Of a stretch of 64,000 bases of DNA, positions 56,471-64,000 are shown in pieces. The DNA lies in IMG/VR virus record IMGVR_UViG_3300038393_002374, positions 7,874-71,873 of that record. One strand, written 5' to 3'. Source of the DNA: a virus. Taxonomy: Duplodnaviria > Caudoviricetes. The number at the start of each line of letters is the position of its first letter. Position 1 is the stretch's first letter. The translations under genes were made by a program, and so were the position numbers. The notes below the pieces were generated by a model. It was given only the letters and a program-made list of their open reading frames with translations, was not told the DNA's origin and did no database searches.

Positions 56471-57009
56471 GGATCACGCCTGCGCCCATAGAACCTGAAG
56501 GGCATCGTCCCATCATGAATGATCGGGCGGTCGAATCGATACCAAGCGCAGTTGTCCTTCCCGCTCATGGTGGTTCCCCTGATCCAGAGCAGACGACCCA
56601 CCGAAACCATGTCCGTCAGCCTGTCCAGGAAGGGGGCCGACTGGCGGGTGTGAATCCAGTCCGCGTCGAACAGCAGCCACGTCGGCGCGATGTCGGAGAG
56701 ATGGACGATCAGATCGTGGAGGAGCGGCCTTGACCATGGTGGATTGGTAATGAAGGCGTCCATCCCCTTCGGCCTGTACTTCAGGGCGTCGTGCCGGACG
56801 ATGTCCTCCCTTCCTGGATCGATGTCGTAGGCCTCCAGGCAGAAGTGTCCCAACGCCATGAGCTGATCCACGAGATCGCCGGACCCGGCGCACGGCTCCA
56901 CGAACTTGGTGTTGGGGTCCAGGTGGGGTGCGAGCGTCTCAACCGCCCTTCGGTCCCAGGTCTCGTATAAGTCGTTGGGCCGCCGCTTGAAGTCGCTGCG
57001 CTTGCCCAT
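56467..57009 (-). CDS. Amino DNA methyltransferase (N6-adenine/N4-cytosine type)
   Basis: 'EPCAGSG' SAM motif, 'ITNPPW'. Confidence 0.8.
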   Translation of the reverse strand: MGKRSDFKRRPNDLYETWDRRAVETLAPHLDPNTKFVEPCAGSGDLVDQLMALGHFCLEAYDIDPGREDIVRHDALKYRPKGMDAFITNPPWSRPLLHDLIVHLSDIAPTWLLFDADWIHTRQSAPFLDRLTDMVSVGRLLWIRGTTMSGKDNCAWYRFDRPIIHDGTMPFRFYGRRRDP

Positions 57010-57392
57010 CAGGACGCCCGTACCTCCGTGACCGGCACGCCCGCGGCGTCCAGGTTGTCGCGCATGTTGGCCGTGCCCCGGCCGCCGGGGAACTGCAGGC
57101 CATGGTCGGGGTGCATGTCCAGCATCCGCGCATTGCGCGCCGGCCCGGCCCTAAGGCCCAGCCTGTGCCACGGCGCCGGGAAGGTCGCCACCGGCACGCG
57201 GCGCGCCCTGGCCCACTCGTAGGCGAGCTGGTCCACGCCCTGGTGGTGCGGCTCCCAGGGGTCGTGGCCGCAGATGATGATCAGGTTGGCAATGGAGGAG
57301 ACCAGGGAATCGTTGAGCACGAACTGGTCCAGTTCGTCCCAGACCAGCTCGCGATCCCTGCAGTCCCGACATCCAAACACGACCAGTCGCAT
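57009..57392 (-). CDS. YspA/DUF2493 SLOG-family protein
   Basis: 'VFGCRD...GVD.LA..WA...AGP.RN..M....FPGGRGT..M'. Confidence 0.8.
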   Translation of the reverse strand: MRLVVFGCRDCRDRELVWDELDQFVLNDSLVSSIANLIIICGHDPWEPHHQGVDQLAYEWARARRVPVATFPAPWHRLGLRAGPARNARMLDMHPDHGLQFPGGRGTANMRDNLDAAGVPVTEVRAS

Positions 57393-57455
57393 CGGCCCCT
57401 CCCTCCACCATGAAAACCCCGCTGCGCCCACGGCGCAGCTAGACGTGTTGTCGCA

Positions 57456-57659
57456 CTACGGCTCGCCGTACCGCGGCTGGCGCTCCTCGCGGCATTCGCG
57501 CCGACCGAGCCTGTAGGCCTCGCGCTGATCCACGGTCCACTCGAACCGGTCCATGTCGGCGATGCTGATGTGGACCTTCCCGCCCAGTTCGTCGTCCCAG
57601 CCCTTCCGGTACTGGGGGAGCGCCTGCAGGTCCATCCACCACGCCTTGACCGCGCCCAT
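57456..57659 (-). CDS. Hypothetical protein
   Basis: TGATG coupling. Confidence 0.5.
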   Translation of the reverse strand: MGAVKAWWMDLQALPQYRKGWDDELGGKVHISIADMDRFEWTVDQREAYRLGRRECREERQPRYGEP

Positions 57660-59170
57660 CAGAGCACCCACTCGCGCCATTTGTCGCCAGTCACGGCGTC
57701 GCTCAGCGACATGTCCTCCCGCAAGGACTTGAGGATTTTGCCGTCCACCGTGTCGCTGCCGTCGTCGTGGTAGGCGACGAGGTCGATGTAGCCCACGCTG
57801 CGGGTCTTGCCCACGGCCTGGGCGCGATCCTCGGATTGTTGGCGGTCGTCGTTGCTCCTGCTGTTCGAGCAATACACGACAAGGTCGGCGCAGGACCATT
57901 CGCGTCCCCGGCCGCCCGCAGCTTCCGTGGCCAGCATCCAGCGACAATTCGGATCGGTCTTGAACCTGGCCTCCTCGGCGTCCCGCGTGGACCGGTTGCC
58001 ACCCCACCAGCGGGCTACACTGCCGACGCCGTATTCGGCCTCCAGCGCCGCCTGTACGGCCCTGATCTCGTGGTCATAGGCGCACCAGATGATGGCCTTG
58101 CCGTCGTACTCCTCCAGTACGTCGAGCAGGACCTTGGTCCGGTTCGTCGGTATGTGGTGGACGACGCCTGCGTCATCGACCACATGCCCGCACAGGAGCT
58201 GGTGCAGCCGCATGACCTGGACGATGACGATGGTGGCCGTGACGTGCTCCTCCGCCGAGAGGGACATGGTCGCGAACGCCTTCATCTCGGCGTAGAGCTT
58301 CTTCTGCTCGTCGGTGAGGCTGACCTTGCGCACCGAATAGGTCTTCGGAGGCATGTCGTAGACGTCCTCCAGGAGGACGCGGTCCATGTAGGGGGCGATG
58401 CGCTCCTGCAGCTCCTCCAGGTTCCGGAAGCCGACGACGACGGGCACGCGCCGACCGCCGAACCACTCGTCGCGGATCACCGCGTAGCGGGCGCGGAAGG
58501 CGTAGAAGGAGCGCTGACCGATGATCCGCCAGTCCAGGAACCACATCTGGCCGAACAGTTGCAGCGGGTCGCGGGGCGTGGGCAACCCGCAGAGGATGCG
58601 GCGGTAGTCGCAGAGGGGGGCGACCTTGTCGTTGATGAACTTGGTCCGCGCCGAGGAGGGGTTGCCGATGATAAGGCTCTCGTCGATGACCCCATAGCGC
58701 TTGCCGGGCCGCTGGGAGAGGTACTCCAGGACCATGGCCCTGGCCCTCTGCACCGACGACAGCGCCTCGACGTTGATCATCAGGGCGCGCGGGCGCTCGG
58801 TCTCCTCCAGGAAGCGTCTCAGCGCCTTCTCGTGGGTCCTGCCGCCATCGGAGCGCCAGACATGGACCATGATCCGCTTGGCGAGGTCCGCGGAGAGGTG
58901 GCCGGGCGTGTTGTTCGCCGGATTGCCGAACATGGCGTCGCGCCAGTCGGCGTAGACGCTGCACTTGCTGATCTCCAGGAAATCCGACACCTTGCCGGCC
59001 AGCTCCAGGCGGCCGAAGTCACTAAGTATGGTCGCCGTTTTGCCCGTTCTCTGTGCGTGAAAGAGTGCGAAGGCCTCCTTGCCCTCCATCCTGGCCAGCG
59101 CCCGCGCCTGATGCGCCCGCGGCTGGTAGGGCGGCGTGTAGACCTTGGTCACCGCAGGACCTTGCACCAC
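57659..59170 (-). CDS. SNF2-like SF2 helicase
   Basis: 'RTGKT', 'IDES', 'LCGLP', 'QSEDRA..VG'. Confidence 0.85.
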   Translation of the reverse strand: MVQGPAVTKVYTPPYQPRAHQARALARMEGKEAFALFHAQRTGKTATILSDFGRLELAGKVSDFLEISKCSVYADWRDAMFGNPANNTPGHLSADLAKRIMVHVWRSDGGRTHEKALRRFLEETERPRALMINVEALSSVQRARAMVLEYLSQRPGKRYGVIDESLIIGNPSSARTKFINDKVAPLCDYRRILCGLPTPRDPLQLFGQMWFLDWRIIGQRSFYAFRARYAVIRDEWFGGRRVPVVVGFRNLEELQERIAPYMDRVLLEDVYDMPPKTYSVRKVSLTDEQKKLYAEMKAFATMSLSAEEHVTATIVIVQVMRLHQLLCGHVVDDAGVVHHIPTNRTKVLLDVLEEYDGKAIIWCAYDHEIRAVQAALEAEYGVGSVARWWGGNRSTRDAEEARFKTDPNCRWMLATEAAGGRGREWSCADLVVYCSNSRSNDDRQQSEDRAQAVGKTRSVGYIDLVAYHDDGSDTVDGKILKSLREDMSLSDAVTGDKWREWVL

Positions 59171-60753
59171 AGTGGAACGCTATTCGTTCCCGGCTCGAAG
59201 ACGGGGTTGTGGTGCGTGTTGACGCAGACCCACTCCTCACCCTTGTAGCTGACGAGCTCACCGGCCCGATAGCCACGCTGACGCTGGGCACGCGGCTTCC
59301 ACGGCTTAGCATGACCACGGTCAGGCCAGACAATGATTCTCATGCCAGCTCCGCCGGCCTAACGACCTCGGGGCCCCAGACGAAGTCCTGTGGCCACTGC
59401 AGCGGACTGACGCCGTTCACGGAGACGCCCCACTTCTCTTCGCTGTCGTCGTCCAGGCTGTTCTCGATCACCTGGACAATCTCCCAATCCACGGAGGCCC
59501 AGTCCTCGCCGGGCGGCATACGGGTGGGATGGACCAGCTTGGCCCAGAACCATCCCTCGCGCTTGGGTGTTGGATAGGTGATCGTCATGCCGCCTTCTCG
59601 ATCCAGAACTCGACGGGGTGGGGGCCGGCGCGGTTGGATTTCCGAATGATGCGTGGATCACCATTGTGACGCAGCTTCCTGGCGATCATGTCCAGTCGGC
59701 CGCGGACGATGGTGTTGGCGTTGATCGGCGGCTCCGGCTCGCCCCTGAAGTAGAGCCTCACGAGGTCGGCCGTGGAGACGCGCCGGCCGTCCTCGGGCAG
59801 CAGCGCCAGAAGGCGCTCCTCCAGATCGGTCAGGTGGACGATCTTGCCGGCCTTCATTCGGTCTCTCCAGTCGTGGTTCCGGGCAGCTTAGCCTGATCGG
59901 AAGAAGAAAGGAAGTCATGTGAAGAGCGCAGGATGTCACCCCCGCGGAATTCCCAGGTCTGGTGACACAGCGCGCACGAGGTCTCGCCGTCCTTCCGGCC
60001 GCGCCAACCGCCCGTGAACCTGTGCCGGCCGTCCTGGGTCATAGGGCACGGACCGATCATCGGTGGATGGTCTCCCCGCGGTCTTCCAGGTCCTCGGTCA
60101 TGCCGTTGACGTGGGAGTCGAAGGCGTCGGCATTGGCGCGCCACCAGTCCGCGATCCAGCGGACATGGGCGACCGTCGTCTGTTCATGGGGATTGGCGGT
60201 CGGGCAGTCCCAGCCCTGAGAAAAGGCGATGTCGCCCTCCAGCGGGACGCCGTTGTCACGGTTGCGCTGCCACTTGGGTTTCATCCCAGCTTCCCCATGA
60301 TCTGGTCGTTGGCCCTCCCCAACTTTTCGTAAAGCAGGATGGCCCAGGCCGGCTGTGGTTTCCCCGGATAGCCGCAGTCCATCAGCATCCGCATGAGGGC
60401 GTGGCAGAGCGTGCCGCTCTCCTGGAGGTTCAGCTCGATGGTCACGGTCTCGGACTGCGGCAGCGATGTGAATTTGAGGGTCACGGCTCCAACCGATTGC
60501 AGAACGGCGACAGCTTCTCGTCGGGAACCCAGAACCATATCTTCGGCCGATCGTCTCCCGGCTGCATGAAGGCTTCAAGCTCCTGGGGTGAGAAGACGAT
60601 GCCCGCCGCCGTCATCCAGCCATTGTCGACCAGACAGACCAGATGCGATCCCGGAACATCGCCCCACCTGGGCGTCCCCGGCGCCGTCTTGCCCTCATCC
60701 ATGAGCCAACGCTCCTTGGAACGGCCATCGGTCGGATTGATGTAGTAGCCCAT
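59149..60753 (-). CDS. Cluster of small early genes (59149-59343, 59340-59588, 59585-59857 wHTH-like, 60057-60284, 60281-60538, 60481-60753)
   Basis: Chained overlaps, RBSs. Confidence 0.5.
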
Positions 60754-60764
60754 GTTCTTCTCCC

Positions 60765-61331
60765 TCAGGTGTTGATGCGGTGATGCGGCTGGTCGAAGGG
60801 GTGCTGCTTGCTGGCGCCGACGTCCGCGTGCTCGGAGACGACGCGTTCGCCGAAGTCGAAGCCGAGCGGGAAGCGCACGGCGGGGTCCTTGACCACGTAG
60901 AGGTGGTACTGGTTGGCCGTGTCGTACTCGCGGCTCCTGGCGGGGTACAGCTCCACGGCCTCGTGCTCGGGGCCGATCAGGCGGTCCTTGATGGCCATGA
61001 AGTCGCGGTACTTCTCGGGCCCAACGCGCTCCTTGTCGCGACGCTTGATGGAGAGGTAGATCATGTCCGGCCAGCCGGGCGCAATGGCGGGGGCGTCGCG
61101 CATGTTCACCTGATAGCGGCTGTTGATGAACACCCGGTCGTTCTGGAGGTCGGCGAACTGGCGCACGATGTCCTCCCGCGAGACGCCGGGGAACTCGGCC
61201 ATGGTCCTGTCGATCAGCTCGTCGTCGACCGGCGTGATGACGCCGGGCTGGAAGAGATCGAAGGGGACGTCGGACTTGCTCGTCGCGACGCCCCTGCGGG
61301 CGTTGCGGCGCGTGGGGCTGGCCTTGGTCAT
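60765..61331 (-). CDS. Conserved phage protein
   Basis: 'LSIKR.D....DFMAIKD.LIGPE.EAVELYP.....D.AN.YHL'. Confidence 0.7.
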   Translation of the reverse strand: MTKASPTRRNARRGVATSKSDVPFDLFQPGVITPVDDELIDRTMAEFPGVSREDIVRQFADLQNDRVFINSRYQVNMRDAPAIAPGWPDMIYLSIKRRDKERVGPEKYRDFMAIKDRLIGPEHEAVELYPARSREYDTANQYHLYVVKDPAVRFPLGFDFGERVVSEHADVGASKQHPFDQPHHRINT

Positions 61332-61963
61332 GCGATCTCCTTAGTCACGATGCCCAGGTCCGCCATACGTCCCTCGATCAAGTCGAGGATGCGCCCGGTC
61401 TCCACACCTTTGTCGGTGGCGGGGTACTCGGTGCGAATGTGGATGCGATATTCCTTGGGCGTGAACCAGCGGCATCCAGCCATGATCTTCACGCCGCCGG
61501 CCATCATCTCGAAGGCATAGAAGACATACCCATCCGAGCGCGATGCTGAGGCAATCAGGCGCTTGATCTCCTCGCCATGGACCTTGGCCCCGGTCAGGTC
61601 GGCCCTGGTCAGGTCGGCCCTGGTCAGGTCGGCCCTGGTCAGGTTGGCCCCGGTCAGGTCGGCCCCGGTCAGGTCGGCCCAGGTCAGGTCGGCCCCGGTC
61701 AGGTCGGCCCCGGTCAGGTTGGCCCCGGTCAGGTCGGCCCCGGTCAGGTCGGCCCTGGTCAGGTCGGCCCTGGTCAGGTCGGCCCTGGTCAGGTCGGCCC
61801 TGGTCAGGTTGGCCCCGGTCAGGTCGGCCCCGGTCTTGATCGCCCACTTCACGGCAAGACCAATACGGACGCCAAGGGGCATTGTTGGATTAGCTTCGAT
61901 CTCGGCCGTGAACTTGATCTCGCCGGACCAGCGGTCGCGGATTTCCTGTTTCATCGTTGTCAT
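61328..61963 (-). CDS. Pentapeptide repeat protein
   Basis: 16 x (G/R/W)A(D/N)LT; C-terminal 'AGCRWFT'. Confidence 0.9.
   Translation of the reverse strand: MTTMKQEIRDRWSGEIKFTAEIEANPTMPLGVRIGLAVKWAIKTGADLTGANLTRADLTRADLTRADLTRADLTGADLTGANLTGADLTGADLTWADLTGADLTGANLTRADLTRADLTRADLTGAKVHGEEIKRLIASASRSDGYVFYAFEMMAGGVKIMAGCRWFTPKEYRIHIRTEYPATDKGVETGRILDLIEGRMADLGIVTKEIA
61585..61835. repeat. 15-bp tandem coding repeat
   Basis: GGTCAGGTCGGCCC(C/T) about 16 copies. Confidence 0.9.
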
Positions 61964-62199
61964 GCATGGGTCTCCGGGTCGATAGTGAGGCCGTCGAGGA
62001 TGGCCGAAGGGGTAATGTGGAGAACGGCGCAAATCTGCAGCAGCCGGGGCACGGTCAGCGCGTTGGCCGCGCTCTCGTACTTCTGGACCTGCTGAAAGCG
62101 CACGCCCATGACGCTGGCGACCTGGGCCTGGGTCATGCCCAGGAGGCGCCGGCGATGGCGCAGGCGGCGACCAACGATGAGGTTGGGGTCCTGGATCAT
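61960..62199 (-). CDS. XRE-family HTH regulator
   Basis: 'VGRRLR.RR...GMTQ..VA...[10 protein letters not shown]...N'. Confidence 0.85.
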   Translation of the reverse strand: MIQDPNLIVGRRLRHRRRLLGMTQAQVASVMGVRFQQVQKYESAANALTVPRLLQICAVLHITPSAILDGLTIDPETHA

Positions 62200-63018
62200 C
62201 AGTCCTCCAACTTGTGGCAGCGCCGGGCGTAACCGATCAGGGCGCCGATGACGCTGGGCTCCAGGGCGATGAGCTGCTGGCCGGCGTCGAGGCCCAGCCA
62301 GGCGTGGTAGCCGTCGAAGCTGGCGTAGACGCCGTCGCCGAGGTAATCGGGCCCTGGGAGGGATGGCGTAGGTTTGGGGTCGGGGGTCAATCGTCGTCCT
62401 CCTTGAACAGCCGGTCCCAGGTCTCGGCGTCGATGCCGGTCATCAGCCACTCGCGGTCGGCGGCGGTGAGGTTGGCGAGCGCGTCCTGGACGTACTCGCC
62501 GCCCTGCCAGCGGTTGTACTGGTCCGGCATCACCGGCAGCTCGCGCGTGGTCGGCGGCCCTCCGGTGACCGGCCAGACGGTGAAGACCATGCCGCCGTTC
62601 GGACCCAGGGCCCGGGCGACGGTGTGCTTGGCCTGGAATGGGCGGTTGAGCATCAGGCTTTCTCCATCCGCTTGATGATCTTCAGTCCCGCGCGCCGCGC
62701 CGCCTCCATGGTGTCGTAAGGCGCGAGGTCAGAGCGGATCGGTTCCTTGCCCAGCATTGGTTGAACCCTATGGAAGACGACGCCCTTGATCTTCAGCGCA
62801 TAGCGGCGGTCCTTCAGGGGCAGCATGATCCCCAGGGTGCGGATGTGGCCCAGCACCGTCTTGCCGTCCGCCGCCATCAACACCGCCGTTCCGTGGATGG
62901 GCTTGCGCCACTCGCCCGCGCCGCCTACGGCGCGGACGCGCTCGGCGGTGCGCCCGTGGATTTCCAGCTTGCTGTAGCCGCAGCGCTGCGTAGAGCCCTT
63001 GGCGCTGAGCATTTCCAT
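62199..63018 (-). CDS. Three small early genes (62199-about 62390, 62387-62653, 62653-63018)
   Basis: Coupled overlaps; '[12 protein letters not shown]', 'IQ/VQDA...L...REWL.TG'. Confidence 0.55.
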
Positions 63019-63851
63019 CAGGCATTCGCCTTCTCGACGATCCGCTGTGCGGCGTATCGGGCGGCGTTGTTGAGCTGGCGCTGCCACACACCGACCGAGG
63101 GAGCCCATTTGAAGCCATGGCTCTTCAGTTCCCGGATCATCTCCGGGGCTGGTTTGCCCCGGAACATGATCTGCAGCCGATTGGCCTCGACGTTCTCGTA
63201 GACCTCCTCGATCCCTGGCGCCGGGCTCTCGATGATCTTGGGCTGCGCCTGGGCCTGCTTCTGCAGCAGTTCGATCCGTTGCTTGATGCGCCGGATGTTG
63301 GCGCCGTTGTTCGTGATCGCGTAGTCGGGGAAGCCGATCCGACCGGCGAAATCCGGCTCCAGGAGCTTCTTGACGGCGCCGGCGCTGATGGCCGGTTCAT
63401 GAGCTTTCAGGGCACAGAGGTAGCGATCCCAGGCCTCTCCGGACTGGATGTCCCGGACGCCGTGCTTGTAGAAGGCCTTGACCACCTTGTTCATGGCGAC
63501 CATGGCCGTCTGCCGGGCCTCCAGCCTGATCAGCTCCGTCTTGAGCTTGGCGACCGCCTCCGGGTCATCCGAGCTGATCCCGCCCGACCCGACCGCGGCA
63601 GCCTTGGCCTCGATCTCCTTGGCAGCCTTCAGGTCGGCGAAGCCGCTCCGGAAGCCGCCCTCGATCCTGCCCCGATAGTTCCGGTCGCGTTTCTCCGAGT
63701 GGTGGCCGATCAGGATCGGCTGGCCGAAGGGAATGGCCTCGGCCATCTTGTGCGCCCGGTCGACCTTGGCCTGCCCGACCTGCCGGAGCTGCTCGGCCCG
63801 CGCCTCCAGGCGCTGGCGCCGGGCTTCCTGCTTTTGCTCGTAGTGGTTCAC
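63018..63851 (-). CDS. DUF3560 domain protein
   Basis: 'IPFGQPILIGHHSEKRDR', 'ISSDDPEA..KL', 'NNGANIRR'. Confidence 0.85.
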   Translation of the reverse strand: MNHYEQKQEARRQRLEARAEQLRQVGQAKVDRAHKMAEAIPFGQPILIGHHSEKRDRNYRGRIEGGFRSGFADLKAAKEIEAKAAAVGSGGISSDDPEAVAKLKTELIRLEARQTAMVAMNKVVKAFYKHGVRDIQSGEAWDRYLCALKAHEPAISAGAVKKLLEPDFAGRIGFPDYAITNNGANIRRIKQRIELLQKQAQAQPKIIESPAPGIEEVYENVEANRLQIMFRGKPAPEMIRELKSHGFKWAPSVGVWQRQLNNAARYAAQRIVEKANA

Positions 63852-64000
63852 GCCCTCACCTCCTTGATCACGCCATGCCTATCCGGTTTTCACCCATGAC
63901 CACCACATTTAGGATGCTGCCAATCGCCCGAATACAGGCTGGCATAGGTGGGGGCCTCGTTGCCGCCCGCGAGCCCGAGAAGGCTGCGGAAACTGTTGAA

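Noticed and set aside
56467-57009. Restriction-modification system
   Set aside because: No cognate endonuclease adjacent; appears to be an orphan methyltransferase
61585-61835. Possible CRISPR array
   Set aside because: Tandem 15-mers without spacers, in frame in a pentapeptide protein; no cas genes
1-64000. tRNA genes, integrase, att sites, DNA polymerase
   Set aside because: None recognised by eye; they may lie outside the window (tRNAscan not run)

Overview
The whole window is a high-GC tailed dsDNA phage (or prophage) of myovirus type with a Bcep781-like structural gene set; the host is probably alphaproteobacterial (inference). Layout: (i) 1-8.0 kb, minus-strand early/replication accessory genes; (ii) 8.2-10.5 kb, primase-helicase, then a structured non-coding region and an inverted-repeat, origin-like region; (iii) 12.1-48.7 kb, plus-strand late operon (NusG-like antiterminator, terminases, portal, MuF, protease/scaffold, capsid, neck, sheath/tube, tape measure, baseplate, fibres, lysis); (iv) 48.7-64 kb, minus-strand early genes (ThyX, DNA methyltransferase, SNF2 helicase, pentapeptide repeat, HTH, DUF3560) interrupted by an intact IS1595-family element with passenger genes. 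No integrase or DNA polymerase was recognised in the window. Most notable: the TerL intein carries an HNH endonuclease overprinted in a different reading frame. The head genes appear to carry cargo enzymes: a RelA/SpoT-like nucleotidyltransferase fused to the portal with a convergent candidate immunity gene, and a Nudix hydrolase fused to the prohead protease. A shared 'DAAFxE..HPR...GQF' tag precedes two of the head-protein modules, and A-x-D|A/S sites (candidate cleavage sites) recur at domain boundaries. All family assignments come from motif recognition by eye; no searches were run.
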